Source of the DNA: Thermodesulfobacteriota bacterium
Lineage (GTDB): Bacteria > Desulfobacterota > Desulfobaccia > Desulfobaccales > 0-14-0-80-60-11
Length of the DNA: 64,000 nt
Direction: 5' to 3'
Assembly (NCBI GenBank): GCA_049322355.1
Contig: JBMORG010000006.1
Span: 22,495 to 86,494 of the forward strand
Shown here: piece by piece, positions 27,379 through 36,063 of the stretch
How the letters are laid out: each line of letters begins with the position of its first letter
Position numbering within the stretch: position 1 is the stretch's first letter
Position numbers and translations under genes: made by a program
The notes under the pieces: generated by a model
The model's input: the letters and a program-made list of their open reading frames with translations, nothing else
Database searches by the model: none
What the model was told of the DNA's origin: nothing

Positions 27379-28548
27379 TCATTCCCGGGGCACCAGCCGG
27401 TAGACTTCCAAGAGAGGCAGGCCCTGGGCTTCGGCCATCTGGCGGCAGGCTTCGTACTCAGCTAGTAACCTGCGGCGGCCGCCGTATTCCATGACCTTCA
27501 CCTGGAGCGGGCCGTAGGGGGTGGCGATGGTCTCGGGCCAGCGCCGGGCCGTGACCCGCTCCACCTCCATAACCCGCACCCCCAGGGTGGTGGAATCCGC
27601 GAAAATCCGGTCCAGCAGCCCCTCTTTGGCCGCAACGGGCGCGACCACGGTTAAGCGCACGCCGGGACGGTTTTTTTTCATTTGGATGGGGGCCAGCGCC
27701 ACGTCCAAGGCCCCGGCGCCCAAGAGGCCAGCCATGAGGGGCTCGTACCATTCCGGGTTCATGTCGTCCAGGTGGGTTTCCAAGACCAGGATAGTCTCCC
27801 GGCGGCCCGCAGCCGCAACCAGGGGCGCCCCCAGGTAGAGACGCAGGAGATTGGGATGGCCCGGCAGGTCCCGGCTGCCGGCGCCGTACCCGACTTGGGC
27901 CAGCGTCATGGCCGGGCAGGGCTCGCAGACAGCCTCGCAGGCTTTCAGGATCGCGGCCCCGGTGGGGGTGACCAGCTCTCCCGGCAGGTCGGTGCCGTAA
28001 ACCGCCAGGCCCTTCAACAACTCCAGGGTGGCGGGAGCCGGGTTGGGCAGCCGCCCGTGGCCCGCGGCGATCATGCCCCAGCCCATGGGCAGGGAACTGC
28101 AAAAGACCCGGGAAACCCCCAGGCGCTCTAAGCCGTGCGCCGCGCCCACCACGTCCACGATGGTGTCCAGGGCCCCCAGTTCGTGGAAATGCACGGTTTC
28201 CAGGGGTTGGCCGTGGATGCGGGCCTCCACCTCTCCCAGGAGGCGAAACGTGGTAAGGCTCCGGGCCTTGACCGCGTCGGTCAAGGGGGCTTGTTCGATC
28301 AGGGCGCAGATTTCCCGGTAGGTGCGGGCCGGCTGGCGCTTGGGGGAAGAAATCTCCACCTTGACGCCGGTGAGGTGTTCTTTGCTCACCTGATGGGCCG
28401 TGATGGAGACTTCCACCAACCCCAGGGCGGCGACCAGGTTTTGAAGTTCTTCCACCGGCAGCCCCAGGTCAATCAAGGCCCCCAGGGTCATATCGCCGCT
28501 GATGCCCGAGAAACAGTCAAAAAACGCCCAGCACTGAGGAACCTGCAA
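27379..28548 (-). CDS. larC: LarC-family nickel insertion protein (DUF111)
   Basis: N-terminal FDCFSGISGDMTLGALIDLG is characteristic of the LarC/DUF111 family. 389 aa. Confidence 0.8.
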   Translation of the reverse strand: MQVPQCWAFFDCFSGISGDMTLGALIDLGLPVEELQNLVAALGLVEVSITAHQVSKEHLTGVKVEISSPKRQPARTYREICALIEQAPLTDAVKARSLTTFRLLGEVEARIHGQPLETVHFHELGALDTIVDVVGAAHGLERLGVSRVFCSSLPMGWGMIAAGHGRLPNPAPATLELLKGLAVYGTDLPGELVTPTGAAILKACEAVCEPCPAMTLAQVGYGAGSRDLPGHPNLLRLYLGAPLVAAAGRRETILVLETHLDDMNPEWYEPLMAGLLGAGALDVALAPIQMKKNRPGVRLTVVAPVAAKEGLLDRIFADSTTLGVRVMEVERVTARRWPETIATPYGPLQVKVMEYGGRRRLLAEYEACRQMAEAQGLPLLEVYRLVPRE

Positions 28549-28837
28549 AAATTATTTCCCCCTCACCCAACCCCTCTCTTACCAGATAGAGGGGATTAAT
28601 GACATGATATTAACGCCACATCCATTATAATTCATCTTTGGCTAAATTCCGAATATTTAGCGGTCAGTAGCATTCTGCCCTATTTTTGCTATCTAAAGGT
28701 TGGTGAGGCACTCTTAAAATTGGCCTCTACTCCTTGAAGCATATTCATGCAAGCCATCCCTTTACTATAAGACAAAAGTAATTTTCAATTATCATTGATA
28801 AATATACAACTTAGAGGCGTTTTATTGTAAAATTTGC

Positions 28838-28867
28838 TTGACAAATATTATTAAATATGCTTATAGT
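28838..28867 (+). promoter_or_regulatory. Sigma70-like promoter TTGACA-N18-TATAGT
   Basis: Lies in the AT-rich spacer. Would place the transcription start near 28873, just before CAAACC. Confidence 0.35.
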
Positions 28868-28872
28868 GCAAA

Positions 28873-28934
28873 ATCAAACCCATCGGAAGGTGGGGACGGA
28901 AGCCACGGGTCTTTAAATTTGTGTGGCTGTGCGC
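28873..28934 (+). promoter_or_regulatory. Candidate c-di-GMP-I (GEMM-I)-like riboswitch aptamer, atypical
   Basis: CAAACC + hairpin CCCAUC-GGAA-GGUGGG + GACGGAAGCC + hairpin AGCCAC..GUGGCU. A downstream CGAUGGG is complementary to CCCAUCG. Confidence 0.5.
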
Positions 28935-29002
28935 AAAAAACGATGGGGGGCAATAACCGCACCGCCAGCGGCATCTGCGCCAATGACGTCTTCACCTGGC
29001 AG

Positions 29003-29076
29003 GTTCCACTGCCACCTCTTTGCTGCTGCTGGGCTCCGGCTTTCTGTGCTTGAGTATTCTAAGGAAGTGGAAGTAA
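29003..29076 (+). pseudogene. Frameshifted PEP-CTERM sorting-signal relic
   Basis: VPLP is encoded in one frame. SLLLLGSGFLCLSILRKWK-stop is encoded in the frame reached by restoring a single missing base. No upstream signal peptide or ORF body. Confidence 0.55.
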
Positions 29077-29171
29077 GCCTGCCTGGAAGAGATAGTTTCT
29101 CTTAAATCCAGCGCATCGCACTTTAACCCTATTTCCTTAAATAGGCTTGAGCTACCAGCAAGGAGGAAGAT

Positions 29172-30083
29172 ATGAAAAGTTTATATAATAGGATCCTTGT
29201 CTTAACGATCATACCATTATTGCTTGCAGTTTCAGCGGTATATCCAGCCGATTACTTATTTTCCCCTCTTAATTTGCCTGACGGTGGATATGGCGGTGAT
29301 ATTAATAACCTGGACCAAATTGTCGGCATTAATGATGGTCAAGGTTTTATAAAAGACGGTCCCACATTTACTACGTTTTCCCCTGTCGGCGCTGCACTTA
29401 CAGCTGCTCGAGGGATCAACGACAATGGTTTGATTGTGGGAGTATATTTCGATGGGTTATTTGTTGCCCATGGTTTTATGAAAAATGGGATTAATTACAC
29501 CATACTTAACTTTCCAGGTTCCATAACAACGAGTGCCTACGGAATTAATAATAGTGGTGTTATTGTGGGAGAATACGAATTGTCAAATATGCATGGATTT
29601 ATGACTACAGATGGTGTAAACTTTAACCCATTAGATTATCCTGGCTCTACGAGTTCCCGTGCCTTTGGAATTAATAACACTGGCAAAATTGTTGGAGAAT
29701 ACCGAGACGCTGGAGGAATTTTTCACGGTTACCTATATGACGGAGGTAACTTTACACCAATAAATTTCCCTCTTGCGTCGAACACGCATGCCTATGGAAT
29801 TAATGACAAGGGGCAGGTTGTTGGATCTTATGAAAATCTATCTGGGGAGCATGGGTTCATAAAAGATGGCAATAATTATACCACAATTGATTTCCCCAGC
29901 ACTGCTATAACGCGGGCTTATGGAATTAATTATGATGGCGAAGTTGTAGGGTCTTACTTTATAACTAGGAATGACTCGGCGAGTGGTTTTTTCGCGGCGC
30001 CCGTCCCCTTGCCTAATACCCTGCTCCTCTTCGGCTCCGGGCTCTTGGGATTGGCGGGCTGGAGAAGGTTCAGGAAGGGTTAA
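29172..30083 (+). CDS. Secreted HAF-type repeat protein with PEP-CTERM sorting signal
   Basis: Signal peptide. About 6 repeats of A(Y/F)GIN(N/D)xGxIVGxY...HGF. C-terminal VPLPNTLLLFGSGLLGLAGWRRFRKG. SD AAGGAGG. Confidence 0.85.
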   Translation: MKSLYNRILVLTIIPLLLAVSAVYPADYLFSPLNLPDGGYGGDINNLDQIVGINDGQGFIKDGPTFTTFSPVGAALTAARGINDNGLIVGVYFDGLFVAHGFMKNGINYTILNFPGSITTSAYGINNSGVIVGEYELSNMHGFMTTDGVNFNPLDYPGSTSSRAFGINNTGKIVGEYRDAGGIFHGYLYDGGNFTPINFPLASNTHAYGINDKGQVVGSYENLSGEHGFIKDGNNYTTIDFPSTAITRAYGINYDGEVVGSYFITRNDSASGFFAAPVPLPNTLLLFGSGLLGLAGWRRFRKG

Positions 30084-30118
30084 TCATACTTAACTCCGAG
30101 GATAGACTATCAGGGTCC

Positions 30119-30138
30119 GGCGTGTCCATGCCTTTTTT
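30119..30138 (+). terminator. Weak hairpin plus T6 after PEP-CTERM gene
   Basis: ggcgt-gtcc-atgcc followed by tttttt. Confidence 0.35.
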
Positions 30139-30246
30139 ATAATTGATCGCTTGCCAGCTTCAACAATTATCACCTCACCCCCAAAATTCCAGATTTGATC
30201 TCATTATTCAGAAGGGAATTTTGTTTCATGGCGAAAGTATCGGCAC

Positions 30247-31491
30247 TCACTCCGGGGTTCCGTCGACAACGAGTTCCACCTCCTTTACGGCCCGGGCCTC
30301 GGCCTGGCGCACGGTGAATTTGAGATTGCGGAATTGCAGTTGCTCCCCGGCCCGGGGCAAATCCCCCAACTGGGAAATGAGAAACCCGGCCAGGGTTTCA
30401 TAATCGCCGCCGGGCAGTTTTAAGTGGAGAGATTCGTTTAAGACCTTGATTTCCGTGCGGGCGCTGATGAGGTAATGGCCGTCCGCCAACTTCTTGAAGG
30501 GCGCGACCTCCTGGTCAAATTCGTCGGTGATCTCGCCCACGATCTCTTCCAAAAGGTCTTCGATGGTGACGATGCCCACGGCGCCGCCGTATTCGTCCAC
30601 CACTACCGCCAGGTGGTTCCCCTGGCGCTGCATCTCGGCCAGTTGCCGGTCGATCTTCTTAAGCTCAGGCACGTAAGCCACCGGGCGCATGATGGTGCGA
30701 ATGGGCCGTTCCAGGTCGGTTTCGCCCAACAGGTCAAAATCGTGGGCCACCCCTATGAGGTTGTCTATGCGGTGATGATAGACCGGCAGGCGGGAAAAGC
30801 GGGAGTTGCGAAATTCTTCCAAGGCCTGGCTCATGGTCAGGGTATCCGGGATGGCCGTCACCCGGACAAGGGGCACCATCACCTCCTTGACAGTGCGCAG
30901 GCTGAAGTGCAGGATTCGATGGATAATGCGCCGTTCCGGGGTCTCCAGGTCCACCTCTGGCCCGCTTTTCTTCACCACCAGGTGCAAATCTTCCCGGCTG
31001 ATAAAGGGCAACTCGCTGGTCCGGGACGCCCCGGTGAGCCAAAGGGCCAAGCGGCTTAAGCCCGCGAAAATGAAAGTAAGGGGATAAAGCATCCAGGATA
31101 TGAACCAGAGGATAGGCCCTAGCCTTTTAGCCAGGCGGTTGGGGTGCTGACGCCCGATGGATTTGGGGGTGATTTCCGCCAGGATCAGGATTAAGGGAGG
31201 CAACGCCAGCATGGCCAGCAGTTCTCCGGCGGTCCCCATGGTTTCCAACAAAAAGGCGGTGACCAGAATCGTGTTGCTGATTTCCGACAGGTTGGAACCC
31301 AGCAGGGTGGTGGCCACCAGGCGCTCGGGCCGCTCCAAAAGTTTCAAGGCCTGGTTGGCCCCCCGGACTCCCTGTTCCGCCCAGTGCCTGAGGCGGCGGC
31401 GGCTGGCGGAAATGAGAGCGATCTCCGACGCTGAAAAAAAGGCCTCCAGGAGCAGGAAAGGAATGAAAATAAAGAATAAGCCGATAATCAT
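30247..31491 (-). CDS. CNNM/CorB-type hemolysin-family protein (DUF21 + CBS pair + CorC_HlyC)
   Basis: N-terminal 4-TM DUF21, a CBS pair, and C-terminal [15 protein letters not shown] ... FTVRQ. Confidence 0.8.
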   Translation of the reverse strand: MIIGLFFIFIPFLLLEAFFSASEIALISASRRRLRHWAEQGVRGANQALKLLERPERLVATTLLGSNLSEISNTILVTAFLLETMGTAGELLAMLALPPLILILAEITPKSIGRQHPNRLAKRLGPILWFISWMLYPLTFIFAGLSRLALWLTGASRTSELPFISREDLHLVVKKSGPEVDLETPERRIIHRILHFSLRTVKEVMVPLVRVTAIPDTLTMSQALEEFRNSRFSRLPVYHHRIDNLIGVAHDFDLLGETDLERPIRTIMRPVAYVPELKKIDRQLAEMQRQGNHLAVVVDEYGGAVGIVTIEDLLEEIVGEITDEFDQEVAPFKKLADGHYLISARTEIKVLNESLHLKLPGGDYETLAGFLISQLGDLPRAGEQLQFRNLKFTVRQAEARAVKEVELVVDGTPE

Positions 31492-32759
31492 GGGTTCTGT
31501 CGCTGTACTTCCAAATCCAGGATGCGGGTGCCCTTCATCCGCAACACGCGAAAAGTGAGGTGGTCATAAGCAATAACCCGTCCTTCCCGGGGCAGTGACC
31601 CGAAAAGATCGAGGACCAGGCCGCCAATGGTGTCGAATTCCTCCGCAGGCAGGTCCAGATCCAGGGCATCGTTAAAATCCGCCAGAGACATGGTCCCCTT
31701 AACCCGCCAGACGCCCGGGGCCACTTCCTGCAGGGCTTCTTCCACTATCTGGAATTCCTGGGGAATCTCACCGCAGAGTTCCTCCAGCAGGTCCTCCACC
31801 GAGACCAAACCCACCAGATCGCCGTATTCATCCACCACCAGGGCCAGGCGTTGGTGCTGGGCCTGGAGTTCTGTCAACAGGTCGAACGCCTTTTTATTTT
31901 CGGGCACATAATAGACCGGCCGCAGAATATGCCGGGGCAGCTCCCCATAGCAGGGCCCCTGAGGGCACAGAGCCAGGATGTCTTTGGAGTGGAGGATCCC
32001 CAATACGTGATCATGGGTTTCCTCATAGATAGGCACCCGGGAGAATCGGGATTGTTTGATGGCTTTGATCATCTCCGGAAAAGGCAGATCGACGGGCAGG
32101 GTGAACATGTCGGGGCGGGGGACCATGATTTGACCGACTCTGACCTCCCCGAAGTCCAGCAAGTTTTGAATGAAATCCCGTTCCAGGGCGGCGATCATGC
32201 CGCCTCGATGGCTTTCTTCCACCATGCGGACAAAATCTTCCTGGTGCACGGTGGGCACCGGCAGGTCAGGCCGAAACCCCAGGGTCGCCAGAATTCCCCG
32301 GCTGATTTGCAGCAAAACCACCCGCACCGGCGTAAAGACCCACAGGGCCACCCGCACCGCGGGGGCCAGGCGCGGCGCCAGGCGAGCCGGATACGCGAGC
32401 GCCAAGGACTTGGGAATGATTTCTCCCAGGAGCAGAAGGGTGGGCGACATCACCACCAGGGCGATCCATTTGCCCCGGTCCCCCCAGATGCTCAAAGCCA
32501 GGGAAGCGGCCAGCACCGACGCCAGGATGGTAACGACCTCAACCCCCACCAAGAGCGTAATCAGGAGACGCTGCGACTGCTTCAGGAGAGACTCCACCAG
32601 CTCTCCCCGGGCTTTGCTCCGTTCCTTGAGGCGCAGGCGGTCCAGGGGGCTCAAGGCAAACAGAGAGGTTTCGGCGGCGGCAAAAAAAATGTAGAGGATG
32701 AGCAGGCCACCCAGGGCCAGCCAGCGAGTTAAATATGGATTGGAATAAATGGAATCCAC
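31488..32759 (-). CDS. Second CNNM/CorB-type paralog (DUF21 + CBS pair + CorC_HlyC)
   Basis: Same domain order. Stop overlaps the downstream paralog's start by 4 nt. Confidence 0.8.
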   Translation of the reverse strand: MDSIYSNPYLTRWLALGGLLILYIFFAAAETSLFALSPLDRLRLKERSKARGELVESLLKQSQRLLITLLVGVEVVTILASVLAASLALSIWGDRGKWIALVVMSPTLLLLGEIIPKSLALAYPARLAPRLAPAVRVALWVFTPVRVVLLQISRGILATLGFRPDLPVPTVHQEDFVRMVEESHRGGMIAALERDFIQNLLDFGEVRVGQIMVPRPDMFTLPVDLPFPEMIKAIKQSRFSRVPIYEETHDHVLGILHSKDILALCPQGPCYGELPRHILRPVYYVPENKKAFDLLTELQAQHQRLALVVDEYGDLVGLVSVEDLLEELCGEIPQEFQIVEEALQEVAPGVWRVKGTMSLADFNDALDLDLPAEEFDTIGGLVLDLFGSLPREGRVIAYDHLTFRVLRMKGTRILDLEVQRQNP

Positions 32760-32787
32760 TTCTTCAGCAGGATAACGATACCTTGCA

Positions 32788-32842
32788 GGGGCGGACCATG
32801 GTGTCCGCCCAGTTTTAGGGGCGCACGCGCAAGTGCGCCCCT
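32788..32842. repeat. Twin GC-rich hairpins (family G) between lon stop and corB-paralog start
   Basis: gggcggac-catggt-gtccgccc and aggggcgcac-gcgcaa-gtgcgcccct. No clear U-run. Confidence 0.6.
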
Positions 32843-32857
32843 GTAGAACTTAAGTCA

Positions 32858-35278
32858 TCACACCACCGGGCGGGTGGGGGGCGGCGTCACCCGCCCCTTG
32901 GGGGTCCCGGTTTTTTTGGCCGCTTTGAAAGGCGACTCCAGCAAGGCCTCCTTCAGCACCTCGTCCATATCGGACACCGCCACAAACTTGAGGCGGCGCT
33001 TGACGTTTTTGGGAATCTCCACCAGGTCCTTTTTGTTGGCCTCAGGAATGATGACCTTTTGGACCCGGGCCCGGAGCGCCGCAATGGCCTTTTCCTTGAG
33101 GCCACCGATGGGCAGCACCTTGCCCCGGAGGGTAACTTCACCGGTCATGGCCACGTCCCGGCGCACCGGAATCTGGGTGAGGGCGCTGACCAAGGCGGTG
33201 GCCATAGTGACCCCGGCGGAGGGGCCATCCTTGGGGGTGGCGCCTGCAGGCACGTGGATATGGATGTCCAGCTTTTCATAAAAATCCGGGGCCAGATTGA
33301 GACGGTCGGCTCTGGCCCGGGCATAACTCAAGGCCGCCTGGCCCGACTCTTTCATGACATCGCCTAACTGCCCCGTAAGGGTAAGCTGGCCTTTGCCTTT
33401 CATGAGGCTGGCTTCCACCGCCAGGGTTTCGCCCCCCACTTGGGTCCAGGCCAGTCCGGTGGCCACTCCCACTTCGTCTTTCTCCACCTCGCCTTCAGGC
33501 AGATAACGGGGCGGTCCCAAGTAGAGGTGGAGGTTTCCCCGGCTGACGGCGAAGGGTCCCTTCTCGCCTTCGGCGATGCGCCGGGCCACCTTACGGCACA
33601 GGGAACCGATCTCCCGCTCCAGGTTGCGGAGCCCTGCCTCCTGGGTGTAGTGCATGATGACCTGCTTGATCACTTCGTTGGAAATCTTGAAATCCCGGGT
33701 GGTCAGACCATTTTCGGTCAGTTGCCGGGGCAGGAGGTGACGGCGTACGATCTCCAGCTTCTCTTCTTCGGTATAGCCCGCCAGGCGGATGATCTCCATG
33801 CGGTCCCGGAGGGCCGAGGGGATGGGGTCTACCAGGTTGGCGGTAGTGATGAACATCACCTTGGATAAGTCAAAGGGCACGTTGAGGTAGTGGTCGCTGA
33901 AGGAGTGGTTCTGCTCCGGGTCCAGGACCTCCAAAAGGGCCGCGGCGGGATCCCCCCGAAAATCCATGCCGATCTTGTCTACTTCGTCCAGGATGAAAAC
34001 GGGATTGTTGGAGCCGGCGTTTTTAATCCCTTGAATAATCCGCCCTGGCAGGGCGCCGATATAGGTGCGGCGATGGCCCCGAATTTCGGCTTCGTCCCGC
34101 ATGCCCCCCAAGGAGATGCGCACGAATTTGCGTCCCAGGGCCCGGGCAATGGATTGCCCCAGGGAGGTTTTCCCTACTCCCGGAGGCCCCACGAAACAAA
34201 GAATGGGGCCTTTCATCTTTTTGTTGAGTTTGCGGACGCTCAAGTATTCCAGGATGCGGTCTTTGACCTTTTCCAGGTCGAAATGATCCTCATCCAGGAT
34301 GGCTTTGGCCTCCTTGACCTCCAACTTGTCCCGGGTGGTTTTACTCCAGGGCAGGGACACCAGCCAGTCCAGGTAGGTGCGGACGATGGAGGACTCGGCC
34401 GCGTCGGGGTGCATCTGCTCCAGGCGGGATAACTGTTTGAAAGCTTCTTCTTCGGCATCTTTGGGCATCCGGGCCCGGGAAATTTTAAGACGGTACTCCT
34501 CCATCTCTTTGCTGGTTTCGTCCAGGTCGCCCAGTTCCTTTTTGATGGCCCGAAGCTGCTCCCGCAGGAAATATTCCCGCTGGGTGCGGTCCATTTCCTC
34601 CCGGGCCTGGGATTGGATTTTGGCCTGGATAGCGGAGACTTCCATTTCCTTGCGCAGAAAGTCATTGACCTTGATGAGACTGCGGATGGGGTCCATCTCC
34701 TCCAAGACCAGTTGAGCCTCTTCGATCTTCAGGCGCAGGTTGGCGGCCACCAAGTCCGCCAGGTGGCCGGGATCCTCGATGGACTCCAGGATAGCCAGAA
34801 GATCCGGAGACATGATGCCCTTGAGAGTCAAAATCTTCTCGGACATCTCCCGGGCGTTGCGCATAAGGGCCTCGGCTTCGGGGGAAATCTCGCTGACGGT
34901 GGTTTCGGGCAAAACTTCCAGTCCTACCTCAAAATAGGGCCGCTCCTGGATATACTCCTGAATCATGGCCTTGGCCTTGCCCTGGACCAGGATTTTCAAG
35001 CGCCCATCCGGCAGCTTGAGCATCCGCAGAATGAGGCTTACCGTACCTACGGTATAGATATCCTCAGGTTCGGGGTTTTCCAGGGCTTGATCTTTCTGGG
35101 TAGCCAGAAAGATCAGGCGGTCTTCGGCCAGTGCTGCTTCAATGGCCAATACTGAGGACTCCCGGCCCACAAACAGGGGGAGCACCATATTGGGAAAGAC
35201 CACCACGTCCCGCACTGCCAACATAGGCAGTTCGTCGGGAATGATGATCTGATGCTGTTCGTCTTCTTTGGTTGCCAT
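32858..35278 (-). CDS. lon: ATP-dependent Lon protease
   Basis: LON N-domain. Walker [10 protein letters not shown]. Protease motif [11 protein letters not shown] at 35278 follows GGGAGA. Confidence 0.95.
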   Translation of the reverse strand: MATKEDEQHQIIIPDELPMLAVRDVVVFPNMVLPLFVGRESSVLAIEAALAEDRLIFLATQKDQALENPEPEDIYTVGTVSLILRMLKLPDGRLKILVQGKAKAMIQEYIQERPYFEVGLEVLPETTVSEISPEAEALMRNAREMSEKILTLKGIMSPDLLAILESIEDPGHLADLVAANLRLKIEEAQLVLEEMDPIRSLIKVNDFLRKEMEVSAIQAKIQSQAREEMDRTQREYFLREQLRAIKKELGDLDETSKEMEEYRLKISRARMPKDAEEEAFKQLSRLEQMHPDAAESSIVRTYLDWLVSLPWSKTTRDKLEVKEAKAILDEDHFDLEKVKDRILEYLSVRKLNKKMKGPILCFVGPPGVGKTSLGQSIARALGRKFVRISLGGMRDEAEIRGHRRTYIGALPGRIIQGIKNAGSNNPVFILDEVDKIGMDFRGDPAAALLEVLDPEQNHSFSDHYLNVPFDLSKVMFITTANLVDPIPSALRDRMEIIRLAGYTEEEKLEIVRRHLLPRQLTENGLTTRDFKISNEVIKQVIMHYTQEAGLRNLEREIGSLCRKVARRIAEGEKGPFAVSRGNLHLYLGPPRYLPEGEVEKDEVGVATGLAWTQVGGETLAVEASLMKGKGQLTLTGQLGDVMKESGQAALSYARARADRLNLAPDFYEKLDIHIHVPAGATPKDGPSAGVTMATALVSALTQIPVRRDVAMTGEVTLRGKVLPIGGLKEKAIAALRARVQKVIIPEANKKDLVEIPKNVKRRLKFVAVSDMDEVLKEALLESPFKAAKKTGTPKGRVTPPPTRPVV

Positions 35279-35344
35279 GTTATCTCCCAAGAGATGTGAT
35301 TAAGTCGATATGCTGGCGGACACCGGTAGCCTGGCGAGACGGGA

Positions 35345-35376
35345 TTACTGGCCGGAAGATGATAATCTTTTTCAAG
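35345..35376 (-). promoter_or_regulatory. Possible sigma32-type promoter upstream of lon
   Basis: CTTGAAA on the minus strand, then a 13-nt spacer, then TCCGGCCAGT. The -10 is a poor match to CCCCATNT. Confidence 0.25.
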
Positions 35377-35538
35377 GCTAGTCTCCCATAGCAGAATTTC
35401 CCGTTGCGGTCAACCGGAACGTCACCCTTTTTATTAATGATAATGACGATCAGATTCCGATGCAACGTGCAAATATCAGCCCTGGCAATAAGACGGTGAG
35501 GTGGGAATAGACAAGGGCCAAGAGATGCAATCGCCGAT

Positions 35539-35952
35539 CTAAGGCCACCAGGAGTGCCAATCGCCATAGAGGGTCAAGACCCGGCGGCGATAATCGCGGG
35601 CAAATTCTTCATTTATGGCATAGACCGGAATACCCCGGATGGCGGCATATTGCACGTGGGCATTTTCTTCTTCCAACAGCAACAGATGCAAAGGAATCGG
35701 GGCAAAGCAAGGGGCAAGACTTTCTTCCAGTTGGCGCCGCAATCTTTGTCCTTCCCAATAATCCAGGGGATGCTCCAACAATACTACACCCAGGTCCAGA
35801 TCACTGTCCGGGGCCCCTTGGACGGTGTCTCCTGCGAGGAGACGGGATCCCAATTCTTTCTGAGAGCCCAAGAAATAAGCCAGGGCAACACCATTGTCCA
35901 ACAATATCTTTAAAAAAAGTTCTCTGCGACTTAGGTGGGCTGGTGAGTCCAT
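35539..35952 (-). CDS. Minimal nucleotidyltransferase (Pol-beta fold, MNT-like) protein
   Basis: LGS-x12-DSDLDLGV fits the GS...DxD NTase pattern. 137 aa. Confidence 0.5.
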   Translation of the reverse strand: MDSPAHLSRRELFLKILLDNGVALAYFLGSQKELGSRLLAGDTVQGAPDSDLDLGVVLLEHPLDYWEGQRLRRQLEESLAPCFAPIPLHLLLLEEENAHVQYAAIRGIPVYAINEEFARDYRRRVLTLYGDWHSWWP

Positions 35953-36063
35953 TAGGTAAAATTTAACATAAGCTTAAAATATCTGATACGTGAAATACGT
36001 GGGTCTTTTTGAAAAGGTATGGTATATTAGAGAGATTAAGAAATTACCCGGGGGGGGAAAGAA

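Noticed and set aside
28866-28870. Outer closing helix GUGCA / UGCGC (28930-28934) for the riboswitch candidate
   Set aside because: The pairing exists, but its 5' strand overlaps the putative -10 hexamer. The promoter call and this helix therefore cannot both be right, and it is left unresolved rather than claimed.
35280-35567. 95-aa ORF downstream of the MNT-like gene, considered as a HEPN toxin partner (it contains an R-x6-H spacing)
   Set aside because: Pro/Gly-rich N-terminus and no helical HEPN-like pattern. It lies in the AT-rich lon promoter region and overlaps the lon start. A single Rx6H match is not evidence.
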